From: Octopus bimaculoides
Taxonomy: Eukaryota
Length of the DNA: 64,000 bases
Reading direction: 5' to 3'
Assembly (NCBI RefSeq): GCF_001194135.2
Contig: NC_068987.1
Location: 89,959,461 to 90,023,460, forward strand
Part shown: positions 1 through 11,420 of the stretch, piece after piece
How positions within the stretch are numbered: the stretch's first letter is position 1
Layout of the letters: every line of letters starts with the position of its first letter
The notes under the pieces: model-generated
Database searches by the model: none
What the model was told of the DNA's origin: nothing
Seen by the model: only the letters and a program-made list of their open reading frames with translations
Position numbers and translations under genes: made by a program

Positions 1-8
1 ATATAAAA

Positions 9-135
9 AGGCGAGCTGGCAGAATCGTTAGCACGCCGGGCGAAATGCCTAGCGGTATTTCGTCTTCTGTTACGTTCTGAGTTCAAATTCCGCCGAGGTC
101 GACTTTGCCTTTCATCCTTTCGAGGTCGATCCCAG
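9..135 (+). mobile_element. tRNA-derived SINE (family A), 5' part
   Basis: ggcgagctggcagaatcgttag...gagttcaaattccgccgaggtcgac. Other copies at about 6613-6888 (minus), 16510-16620, 19510-19685 and 22575-22790. Confidence 0.85.
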
Positions 136-1206
136 TTACGCAAGCCCCTTGTACACAATATAGTGTGTGTGTGTGTGTGTGTGTAATGTGTTTGGTCAAA
201 ATACAACACCTAGGTGTGTGTATTGTGTATGAGAAGAAGAATGAATGTACGTGGCTAGATGGATGGGAATATACAGATTGAAAGAAGGAGAGAGAAACGA
301 ATAAGGAAAGGTGTATTGTAATGACAAAGACTGCAACTAGAAACCAGAGAAGGGTGAGATGCAGCGGGAGAGAAAGAAATATTAATAATAATAGTAATAA
401 TAATTATAATAATAATTGCAAGCTTGAAGCAACATACAAGCAGCAGCATAAAAACAGACGAGAAAACATCAGACCTTCAAGCAAATGAAATGACAAGAAA
501 AATTAACATCAACTGGGGGGNNNNNNNNNNNNNNNNNNNNNNNNNNNNNNNNNNNNNNNNNNNNNNNNNNNNNNNNNNNNNNNNNNNNNNNNNNNNNNNN
601 NNNNNNNNNNNNNNNNNNNNNNNNNNNNNNNNNNNNNNNNNNNNNNNNNNNNNNNNNNNNNNNNNNNNNNNNNNNNNNNNNNNNNNNNNNNNNNNNNNNN
701 NNNNNNNNNNNNNNNNNNNNNNNNNNNNNNNNNNNNNNNNNNNNNNNNNNNNNNNNNNNNNNNNNNNNNNNNNNNNNNNNNNNNNNNNNNNNNNNNNNNN
801 NNNNNNNNNNNNNNNNNNNNNNNNNNNNNNNNNNNNNNNNNNNNNNNNNNNNNNNNNNNNNNNNNNNNNNNNNNNNNNNNNNNNNNNNNNNNNNNNNNNN
901 NNNNNNNNNNNNNNNNNNNNNNNNNNNNNNNNNNNNNNNNNNNNNNNNNNNNNNNNNNNNNNNNNNNNNNNNNNNNNNNNNNNNNNNNNNNNNNNNNNNN
1001 NNNNNNNNNNNNNNNNNNNNNNNNNNNNNNNNNNNNNNNNNNNNNNNNNNNNNNNNNNNNNNNNNNNNNNNNNNNNNNNNNNNNNCTTTCTATTCTATTA
1101 TATTTTACATTATTCACAAGATCTCTCTCTCTCTCTCACCTTAATTTGATTCTATCAGTAAAACTGATTGTGAGAATGAAAGACGAGCACACGATAGATT
1201 CTCCTC

Positions 1207-1246
<40 letters not shown>

Positions 1247-1398
1247 CATGCATACATGTATGTATGTTATTTTATTTGTAAATACACTTAAATACACGCA
1301 CACATACCAATATCGATCCACCTACCTTTATGCATATTGATTGCATTTATTTACCTGTATAATTTACTATCTCTAACTCTCCCTCTCATTCGCTTCCC

Positions 1399-1470
<72 letters not shown>
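1399..1470. repeat. (ATCT)n microsatellite
   Basis: Direct reading. Confidence 0.97.
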
Positions 1471-1637
1471 GCGTGCGTCTATGTATGTATATATTATAAT
1501 GCATGTATGTCATTATCCCGTTTCATTGCAAGATTTCTTGCCAATAGAGAAAGAACTGGTTTCGAACCCAGATCCAAGGCTCCTTCATTCGAATTTCATC
1601 AAATTCAACAGGGTATTTTTCTTTTTGTATGTGTGTA

Positions 1638-1783
1638 CAGTAATTCCTCTGCTATCGCGTCTGTTACGTTCCAAAACCTACCTATTGGCCGCAGAATTCC
1701 GCGATATAAATTTACATAGACAGGAAAATCCGCGATGTACTGAATGCGCGATAGGTGAACCGCGATATGGCGAAGGATTACTG
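1638..1783. mobile_element. Tc1/pogo (Tigger-like) MITE
   Basis: CAGTAATTCCTC.GCTATCGCG...CGCGATATGGCGAAGGATTACTG inverted ends; TA on the left. Confidence 0.65.
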
Positions 1784-2055
1784 TGTATGTATATATGTAT
1801 GTATGTATATTCGCTCAAATTTTTATCTTCCAATGCTTTATCTGTTTATCTTCGCAATGTATTTACCTTCTTTATCCAGTTAGCTATCAATTTTATCAAA
1901 ACACACACACACACACATTGCATTTAAAACGAAAATATTTCTTGTAGGATATATAAAGCGATTATCAAAGAGCTCAATAAAAGGGCAAAATATATTTAGA
2001 CCCACCAAAATAATAATGATATATCAAAATAAAATCGCTTTATGTATATATATAT

Positions 2056-2205
2056 TGGCGATTTTCTTTCTCCGTCTTCCTTTCTTTGGACTTTTTCTGT
2101 ATTTCTGATGAAGATCTCCGCTCTCTGCATGAAATCTTCTTTCTTTCCTTTCCTTACGTGAGCGTCGTCGTTCGCGTTGTTGTTTTTTCTTGCTTCTTCT
2201 TGTTT
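2056..2205 (+). mobile_element. Penelope-like element tail, hammerhead 5' core only
   Basis: Homologous to 3725-3900; ttt-CTGATGA-a-GATC tcc GCTC with the GAAA part disrupted; (TA)n on both sides. Confidence 0.5.
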
Positions 2206-2213
2206 GGATTGAC

Positions 2214-2253
<40 letters not shown>

Positions 2254-2673
2254 GTAAATGAGTATATGCATATATACGTACAGGTATGTGCATACCGACA
2301 TCCACCTGTATGTATAGGTGCATATCTGGGTACAGGACATTGCAAACAAAACGTAGACGAGAAAACACACCAGCCACATACAGAACATTCTCCTTCATCA
2401 GCTACCCCCGTTTTAACACCGGCGTTTCGAAGAGCTATATATATAAGGTGGTGAGGTTTTCATGAAAATTCACCACCAGTGGCGCAGGAGTGGCTGTGTG
2501 GTAAGTNNNNNNNNNNNNNNNNNNNNNNNNNNNNNNNNNNNNNNNNNNNNNNNNNNNNNNNNNNNNNNNNNNNNNNNNNNNNNNNNNNNNNNNNNNNNNN
2601 NNNNNNNNNNNNNNNNNNNNNNNNNNNNNNNNNNNNNNNNNNNNNNNNNNNNNNNNNNNNNNNNNNNNNNNNN

Positions 2674-2715
<42 letters not shown>

Positions 2716-2718
<3 letters not shown>

Positions 2719-3683
2719 AGTGAAACCACTTCTCTCGGTTATTTATTTACAAATGCGAACGTAGCAGGTAACATCTCTTTCCCGCCTTGGACACCCTGCT
2801 GTGTCATCACCTGACTGACTCTTATTTGCGCGGTATTTGTCTCCAGTTCTGTTTCGCGCCAGGGTGCATACCGACCAATCGTGGCCATCTAATAAGGTCA
2901 CGTGAGAGTGTTTTTCTGATGCTTTCTAGAGCCTCCCTTTACCTATAAATAGCCTGTTTTAATCCGCGCCAGTTTGTCGCGGCTTCAGACCTGCTGAGGT
3001 GTGGTCGTTGACCATGTAACACCAACCAGCCAGTTTCCAGCGACGACATCAACACCATCGTTCAACTGTTTACTACAACCTTCGTCGCCAACGTCAACAT
3101 GACTACTCTACGTAGACAAGATACCAACAGCAACCGCAGCTTCTCAACCCTGTTTGTGTGAATTGTTTTACCACGAAATAACAGCCAAAATTCGACACCT
3201 GCGAGAAACCATCTGTATCAAGTAGCCCGGCCCGGCATAGAAGTCTCAACTGCACGACATGTGACTTAGCTCTGCCTCAACCTCTCATATACAGACTTTC
3301 TAACTACTGTGTACCTTAACTGCGAACTGGTATTTTCTTATCCGTGTTACAGACTCTTTACTATGCTCTGTATCTCTTGCATTCACATACATATATTTGT
3401 ATACACACTCTTTTGTTTAAATGACGGCCTGTCTTATATTGTGTTTTATTATGTCGCATTCACACTCACACACAGACATTCTGACAACCAATAAACCTTA
3501 CTGTTATACATCTTTACCGGTTGTGTCCATATCTTTTCCTTACTGGCATTTCCTAGTTCTCTTATGTTATAGTATTATAACATATAATATATCATATTTT
3601 TGTGTCGACCGTGCGACGCGTTAAAAGGAGCCTGTTTCCATTCGTCACCATTCTCCTTTGGTTCGCACGGTCGTTTCTCTACA
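2716..3683 (+). mobile_element. Solo LTR, same family as 14970-16111
   Basis: TGTAGTGAAAC...CTACA; shares promoter motifs and the 3' end (gttcgcacggtcgtt..aca); TSD obscured by flanking microsatellites. Confidence 0.78.
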
Positions 3684-3699
3684 TATATATAAATTTCCA

Positions 3700-3900
3700 C
3701 AATGTAACCTCGTGGATATCGTTGGCGATTTTTTCTTCCTCCGTCTTCCCTTCTTTGGACTTTCCTACGTTTCCGACGAAGAGCTCCGCTCGAAACGTCA
3801 AATTCTCTTTCTTTCCTTTCCCGAGTGTCCAATAACACAATCTGTATCACGTCCTCGCGTTGTTGTTTTTTGTTGTTATCTTTTTGTTGTTTTTCTTTTT
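3700..3900 (+). mobile_element. Penelope-like element tail with minimal hammerhead remnant (3768-3802)
   Basis: ttt-CCGACGA-a-GAGC tcc GCTC-GAAA-CG-TC-aaa; a second copy of the same sequence lies at about 2056-2205. Confidence 0.55.
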
Positions 3901-4763
3901 NNNNNNNNNNNNNNNNNNNNNNNNNNNNNNNNNNNNNNNNNNNNNNNNNNNNNNNNNNNNNNNNNNNNNNNNNNNNNNNNNNNNNNNNNNNNNNNNNNNN
4001 NNNNNNNNNNNNNNNNNNNNNNNNNNNNNNNNNNNNNNNNNNNNNNNNNNNNNNNNNNTATATATGTGTGTGTGTGTGTGTGTGTCTGTGTTTGTCCCAA
4101 CTACATCGCTTGACAACTGATGCTGGTGTGTTTACATCACCGTAACTTAGCGGTTCGGCAAAAGACACCGATATAATAAGTACTAGGCTTGCAAAGAAAA
4201 AGTTCTGGGATCGATTTGCTCGACTAAAGGCGGTGCTCCAGCATGGCGGCAGTCAAATGACTGAAACAAGTAAACGAGTGGCCTAGCATGCATAAAAAGT
4301 CAACAGACAACATATTCTCAATATAAAATAGTGTACATTTAAACACAAGAGAAAACTGCCTTAAATGTGTATACAAGTATATAATTGCTCGAAATACAGA
4401 TTAGGGAAACAGCCGACAACTGACGAAAGGTCGTTCTTTGTGTTACTTGTCTTGTTTTCTATTTGCTTCTTTCGTTGCTCGCAAAAAAAGTCTTTATTCC
4501 ATGTCCTCGTATTTCGTATTGTTTGTTGTTTATGTTTTGTGATGTCCTGTGCCCACATATGCATATGTATATATGTATACATGTATGTACGTATACGTAT
4601 GTATAATTGCATATATATATATAAATAATATACATATATATATATATATATNNNNNNNNNNNNNNNNNNNNNNNNNNNNNNNNNNNNNNNNNNNNNNNNN
4701 NNNNNNNNNNNNNNNNNNNNNNNNNNNNNNNNNNNNNNNNNNNNNNNNNNNTATATGTATATG

Positions 4764-4795
<32 letters not shown>

Positions 4796-4929
4796 TATAA
4801 AGTAAAGGAATAGGGATTTGGAATTCGGGCTGGTACCTTATTAACATTCTGATATAATCCAGACCTTGCAAATCATATCGAATGATAGGGAACATACAGA
4901 AGTGTTTAAGAGTAAAAGGTTATTCTAAG

Positions 4930-5235
4930 TTTACATGATACCAGAACTAGAGACACATCGTATTTCAAAGGAATCTCTGCTGTCATGTACCCTGAGGTTT
5001 TGTTTTTTTCCCCTCACCTAAAATATACTTTAAGAAGGACTATCTAACACTAGAATTCTCTGTTCGCTTCATCCACCCGCATGGATAATACCTTCAATAA
5101 ATTTGGGTGAATATGTACTGCAAGTGAATCAAGTAAATGCACGTAAAAACTATGTCAAAGGGCATCAGGACACTTATGCAGCAGAAACACGTGTCGGGTT
5201 GGAATTTAATGAAAAAAATACTGTAATAAATAAAT
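4930..5235. repeat. Unclassified interspersed repeat (second copy at about 49600-49875)
   Basis: Shared blocks gtatttcaaag.aatctct, aagaagga.tatctaacact and ggacacttatgc.gcagaaacacgtgt. Confidence 0.7.
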
Positions 5236-5761
5236 TTGGAAGATGTATAATTCTTCATTCGCCTTTATATCTTGAGTGCTTTTAGTGAATCCGGTACCTA
5301 AATAGTAAAACATCAAATTTGGTCGAAGAAATAGTAATCGTGTACAAAACCAAATGAGCGGAACATATCAAAGTACAGACGGATTAATATTCCAGTGGCA
5401 TATGCGATCAGAAGCGCCCGACTGAATACACCACGAGTCTCAAAGCTGTACCTAGGAACACACACACTGCACCAATTGTACAGGGTTTAATAGACTCCAG
5501 ATCCACGATAATTGCAGGTTCTGACAAAGGTGAATAATAAATAAATAGCAACAGGTTCATTCACTGCAAGCTAGCTTCTGAAGTTAGCCAGGGAATCATG
5601 AAGTGGCACATAATGTTGATTCTAGGAATGTTTTTTTTTAACGTTTAATTGGTGTATATTCACCTGGTGAAAACGTTTTTTTTTCACATGTCGTAATAAC
5701 GCTATTCATCAATTAAAAAACTTGCTTGAAACAGCTGTAGTGAATGAACCATTTTCCATTT

Positions 5762-5800
<39 letters not shown>

Positions 5801-7079
5801 TATCACCTGTTTTAAAATCCTTTATTCTTAATTCCAAAATCCAAAAAATGTTTTGATTGCTAGCATGGCACACCAGAAATGGAAAATTCCAGTTTCACTT
5901 TTTTCTTACATTTACCTGTAATCAAAATCCATGTTTTGTTTTATATAAAAATCTTAATGTAACCTTTTTAATGAAAACACGACTTGGTAAGTGGTTACCA
6001 GTAACTCACAATGATGTCATCGATGACGTAATCTCTCTCTCTCAACTATATCCGACTCGACATATTTGTAAGGTGTGGGACTGCGTTTATCTTCAAGCTA
6101 ATCAGCAGTGATGATCAATGCTTTGTATTGTTTTTTGTATAGCAGTAGAAAACGTTACTTTCACATGAGACCTGGATTTCACTTCCATGTACGAGTGTCA
6201 CATGACTAGCGCTATTATTTGTAAGATACTTTGAAAATAAAATCTTTTATATTTTACTTGTATCATTCACTAGACTGCGGCCGTGCTGGGGCAGCGCCTG
6301 GAAGAATTTTTAGTCGGATAAATTGATCTCAGTATTTTTTTTCTTTTGAAGCCTAACACTTGGTCGGACAGCTAAGTTACTGGGGTTGGAAAAATAGTAA
6401 CATCAGTTGTCAAGCGGTCGGTGGTGGTGATGGTGGGGACAAACACACACACACACACACATACACGTGTATACGACGGGCTTCTTTAAGTTTCCATCTA
6501 CCAAATCCACTCACAAGGATTTAATCGGCCTGACGCTGTAGAAGACACTTGCCCAAGGTGCCACGCAGTGGGACCGAACCCGGAATCATGTGGTTGGAAA
6601 GCAAGCTTCTTATTTCTTTACTGCCCACAAGGGGCTAAACATAGAGGGGACAAACAACGACAGACAAACAGATTAAGTCAATTATAGCGGCCCCAGTGTG
6701 TAACTGGTACTTATTTAATCGACCCCGAAAGGATGAAAGGCAAAGTCGACCTCGGCGGAATTTGAACTCAGAACTTAACGGCAGACGAAANNNNNNNNNN
6801 CGACCTCGGCGGAATTTGAACTCAGAACTTAACGGCAGACGAAATACCGCTAAGCATTTCGCCCGGCGTGCTAACGTTTCTGCCAGCTTCTTACCATACA
6901 GCCACGCCTGCTGTTAAAAATTTATATATAAACGCATCCAAGGTGTACGTAGACGCTATATTATGAAATGAAATCCGCAACACATTCGGTTTTATGAATT
7001 TCGGATACGGGATCTCTAATATCTCCGGTGTTCGTGTGTGTACGTATGTGTGTGATTATGTGACTGCATTCATGGGAGC

Positions 7080-7805
7080 CATGTGGCATTGTATGGATGA
7101 CGCTAAATTGTTTTCCGATCGTATAAGTACACGCACCGACCCCACCCATTTTAACTGGCGCGCTTTTCCATTTTTTCAGATGCTAAAGATTGGCGGTATT
7201 TCCACTATGGCAGCCAACTTATACTGCACAAATGAGAGCGTTTTTCACAATCAATATTATGTTTGGTGTTAAACAACTTCCTCGACTGTGGAACTACTGG
7301 AGTCCTGATATAAGGTACGGTGATCCGTATATCTCAAGTATAATGTCAAAGACGCGGTATTCGAAAATATCTCAGTATTTGCATTTGATTCTGCTAATGC
7401 CCCCAGCAAAAACTACTCAAACTACGATCCCCTCTATAAAGTACGTCCTCGTATCTAGGTAAAACCGGACACTGACAGATTCCCGAAACACCTTCGCGAC
7501 ATCTGGCTTGAAACTCAGATCTCAGTCACTGGCCACTTCCGCTCCATTGATCAATCAACACGTCTTTCCGTGTTCGATTTGTAAGGTTGGACCAATCTGG
7601 CGAATTCCAGGCTTCGCAGAGAGCTTCTCGTGAAATCAACGTACAAGTAGCTGAGCACTCCACACTCCTTAATAGCTATAAAACTGTACTTGGGAAAAAT
7701 TTCAGTGTAGATGAAGCCATGATAGGCTATAAGAGCAGAGTACATTTTCAGCAGTACATGCCTGCCAAACCCACTAAATGGGGGATCAAGGTATGGGAAG
7801 TGTAG
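7080..7805 (+). mobile_element. piggyBac transposase relic, interrupted at 7447-7665
   Basis: MRAFFTINIMFGVKQLPRLWNYWS..ISSIMSKTRY.KISQYLH, YDPLYKVRP, GKNFSVDEAMIGYKSRVHFQQYMPAKPTKWGIKVW (piggyBac DDE motifs). Confidence 0.88.
7447..7665. repeat. 219-bp interspersed module, copy 1 (copy 2 at 10269-10487)
   Basis: Near-identical direct copies from cctcgtatctagg to gagcactccacac; family not identified. Confidence 0.8.
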
Positions 7806-8272
7806 ACAAATGTCCCCTGCTTCCAAGCTCTGTTTGCCTTGTCTAAAATGTTCATAATACGAAAGTTTCTGTTTGAATTCCAAGACCGGTGTCATTGCGT
7901 CGGCTCACTGAGGAGATCATTGAACTTTATCAAACATCAGAATAATTTTAATATCTGTGGTGGTGGTGGTAGTGGTGCTTCAGCATGATTGCAGCGGCAT
8001 GGCTAAAACGTACAAAAGATTGTGTATAAACGCATACATACTTTACAGTAGTTATTAGAATCTAGACGCATCAGCACGTAAGATGCAAGGACTGACTAGG
8101 AACCATGATATCGTGTTCATAGTAAAGCAAAACATCCATTAGGTGTCATTTGTTGATAGTATACAAACACACGTATGTATGCATAGGTACCAAATCCAAC
8201 ATAAGCCATAGATCCAACTCAGCGTTGGTTCCAGGTGAGGCGTGGGTATAAAACCCAGATGAACAAATCGGT

Positions 8273-8371
8273 GTTTTAAAATTTGCTACAGCTGTTTCGG
8301 TAGCATTTTATTGGTGTATTCACAGATTACATCATAGCATAAATTCACCATCCTCAGGAAATATTTTAAAC
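8273..8371 (-). ncRNA. Type I hammerhead ribozyme motif (Penelope-like-element type), core intact
   Basis: Minus strand reads gtttaaaatatttc-CTGAGGA-t-GGT(...)ACC-GAAA-CAGCTG-TA-gcaaattttaaaac: CUGANGA core, helix II closed GGU/ACC, GAAA, palindromic helix III, GUA triplet, degenerate helix I. Activity untested. Confidence 0.7.
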
Positions 8372-8479
8372 ATATATAAATAGGCAAGTAATAAACCTAG
8401 AAGATGATCTGTTCAATAACCAACATGTTAGTTATTAAACAGGTCACCTTCTAGGCTTTATCTTGTCTGTTTATACCTG

Positions 8480-8564
8480 ATTAATATTCTACCTGATGAT
8501 GGTGGTATTCATGCTATGATGTAATCAATAAAAGCGTCAATAAGATGCTGTCGGAACAGCTGAT
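8480..8564 (+). ncRNA. Degenerate hammerhead motif, inverted partner of 8273-8371 (likely inactive)
   Basis: CTGATGA (8493-8499)-t-GGTGGTATT...GATGCTGTC-GGAA-CAGCTG-AT; GAAA is changed to GGAA and the cleavage triplet is lost. Confidence 0.55.
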
Positions 8565-8577
8565 TATATATATATAT

Positions 8578-8973
8578 ACTCTTTTACTTGTTTCAGTCAT
8601 TTGACTATGGCCATGCTGGAGCACCGCCTTTAGTCGAGCAAATCGACCCCAGGACTTATTCTTTGTAAGCCTAGTACTTATTCTATCCGTCTCTTTTTTC
8701 CTAACCGCTAAGTTACGAGGACGTAAACACGCCGCTATCGGTTGTCAAGCGATGTTGAGGGACAAACACAGACACACAAACATATACACACATACATACA
8801 TACATATATACGACAGGCTTCTTTCAGTTTCCAACTACCAAATCCACCCACAAGGCTTTGGTCGTCCCGAGGCTATAGTAGAAGACACTTGCCCAGGGTG
8901 CCACGCAGTGGGACTGAACCCGGAACCATGTGGTTCGTAAGCAAGCTACTTACCACACAGCCACTCCTGTGCC
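8578..8973 (-). mobile_element. Full-length tRNA-derived SINE (family B), CpG-intact reference copy
   Basis: A-box-like tggctgtgtggtaag, B-box gggttcagtccc, central (TA/TG)n, 3' cagtcaaatgactgaaacaagtaaaagag. Further copies at about 6255-6915, 11462-11805, 14320-14637, 18300-18690, 41545-41892, 43060-43335, 55745-55935 and 63120-63365. Confidence 0.9.
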
Positions 8974-9045
8974 TATAGAAAAACGTAAAGACAGTCGAAA
9001 TACCGCTAAGCATTTCGCCCAGCGCGCTAATGTGTCTGTCAACTC

Positions 9046-9081
<36 letters not shown>

Positions 9082-10268
9082 GCTTGTAAATATGGGGAAA
9101 ACCTTTTGTTTGTATGCTTCATTAAAAATACTATGTTCAAAGTTTATCTTTTATTTTATATTTAATAACTTTTTACAGTTGGTCTAGGACGGTAGAGTTT
9201 CTAAATCCATAACTAACGTTTCTAAGCCTTCATATTCTCATTATCAAGAAGTAGATTGAAAATGCTTGGCGTTTCCGGATTGAATTCCCGTAGACTTTGC
9301 CTTAAAAGTTTTTTGACTGTTCTCATCGTGCATCAAGTCACGGGTTGATATGTCTGTTGCAGTCAACGTTTGAGCGACCGCTAGATTTATTCTTTTATGC
9401 CAGTAACCACGTGTTAATTTCTTATGTGCTTGCCTGTAAATCTTGTTACTGCTTGTGAGAGTCTGTGTTTGTATACACACACACGTGCACATGAGAATAA
9501 GTCCACAGCGCCGCATTGGTAGGTGTTCTTTATTTGCGCGTTAACAAAGCTACCAATGGTTTCATGCCGAGAGAAATATTTCGACAATTATCAAGCCTCC
9601 CCCATGGGAACGTTGATACTCGTCCACATCTTGGATGAAAATACACGAAGCTACACGACACTCCACAGAGTTTATGAATAAACAAGCAATTAGGCAACTT
9701 ATTATTATGATATGCACTGAGCTCTGTAGCAGTTATCTATAGACAGCAAGGCCCAACATACATCGATCAGAATCGAGCCCCTTGACCTATGAGGCTCCGG
9801 GTAACTACCCAGTGTGCCCAAACTTTATGACAGCACTGACACACCCCATCCCATTTAGCCAAGTGGGGGATTTTCCTTTTCTCTTGCAAATTTTCTGGCA
9901 AACTTACCTCTTTAGGATCACCAAATGTTCTCAACATGACCCAGGCCGAAGTCTCAGTCCTCTGCGACTTCCTCTCATTTTCCACATCTGCACCTTATCC
10001 AATTGCTGTAACATCCCATATCTTCTGCCTCCCCCCATCACCCTCCTCCTCATTTAAGCGTGCCCGTAACCTACTCAAATTCCTGATCGGTAGCTCCATT
10101 TTCTCTCCCCTGTTTTGGATTCTCCTTTTGTTTTCAGTTTTGTTGTTGCATTGTCCGTTTGTCACCACCACCACCACCATCTCCATCATAAAACCCAACT
10201 GTTACACTTCCATATTTATGATACCTCAACCGCAGCCATCTGTTACCTCAAATGTTCTCTCTCTAATG

Positions 10269-10487
10269 CCTCGTATCTAGGTAAAACCGGACACTGACAG
10301 ATTCCCGAAACACCTTCGCGACATCTGGCTTGAAACTCAGATCTCAGTCACTGGCCACTTCCGCTCCGTGGATCAATCAACAAGTCTTTCTGTGTTCGAC
10401 TTGTAAGGTTGGACCAATCTGGAGAATTCCAGGCTTCGCAGAGTGATTCTCGTGAAATTAACGTACAAGTAGCTGAGCACTCCACAC
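10269..10487. repeat. 219-bp interspersed module, copy 2
   Basis: Same endpoints and length as 7447-7665. Confidence 0.8.
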
Positions 10488-11373
10488 ACGCGTATACTGA
10501 ACGTTGTTCTCAAGGATACACAAAATATGACAAGGTTGACCCTTTAAGTACAGGTACAACTCATTTTTGCCAGCAGAGTGTACTGGAATAACGTTAAATA
10601 AAGCGTGTTGCTCAAAGACAACGTTCAGCCGGAAATCGAACTCATGGCTTTACCAGCCTTGTACATATAACACATATACACAACATAGTGATGAAGATTA
10701 GTTTTCTGCATATGAAAAACAACTCTACCACTTTCCTCACACAGACGAACAGACAGACACCATTTCACTCTCCTGCCTCAAAAATTTCCAGACATTCATT
10801 GGCCAGCAGGTACATGTGAACACAAACCTATGCAAAGATCTACACACACTATGCACACAAGAAATACTCTTGCACATCCATCATACACACACAAACTTGC
10901 ATGCAGACACATGGCTATTTTACTCTTATCTCTAAAAGAAAGCCTATTTAGCCCACCACCCAACTTCCGGTCAGTCAATGGCCAGCATACTGACCAAGTG
11001 GATTTTTCACCAGTATCACACATTTTGTTTTTCTTCTATCACTTTCCATCCTATTCCAAAAAAGTGCAAATTCTCAAACGTCATAATAATTCAACTCTTT
11101 CTATGCCTCTGGGTGGCAAACATTTTTTTTAATGGTGAACTTATCCGAATTTGTTTACATTTTCATTCTTTGCCAGAAACACACACACACACACACACAC
11201 ATGTAATTCATTCACAGTACTCTCAAAGATACTCACCTGATAATGCATGAGTACACAGCTGTTGCTGCTGTATCATATTTACATAATGTTTAAATAATTT
11301 GTATAACGGAAAACTCAGCAACTAACAATTGCTACTAATACACAGAAACAATTGTGTTTGTGATTAAAGCTTC

Positions 11374-11420
<47 letters not shown>

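Larger units (their letters stand above)
2481..4280 (+). mobile_element. Family B SINE split by nested insertions (head at 2481, 3' half at about 4059-4280)
   Basis: Head ggcgcaggagtggctgtgtggtaagt, then gap, (TA)n(TG)n, solo LTR, Penelope-like tail, gap and SINE 3' half. Continuity across the two gaps is assumed. Confidence 0.6.

Noticed and set aside
424-1149. Long ORFs across N gaps (also near 2.5, 3.9, 15.3, 22.0, 53.7 and 62.7 kb)
   Set aside because: Open only because N codons contain no stops.
4400-4440. GAAA...CTGACGA hammerhead-like words
   Set aside because: Only 10 nt between them and no helices; cannot form any hammerhead topology.
6746-6845. Apparent tandem duplication of a SINE segment
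   Set aside because: Identical sequence on both sides of a 10-N gap; typical unmerged contig overlap.
9767-10198. Short minus-strand ORFs with a CxxC/H pattern (possible LINE ORF1 or gag relic)
   Set aside because: The zinc-knuckle spacing is not met and there is no other support.
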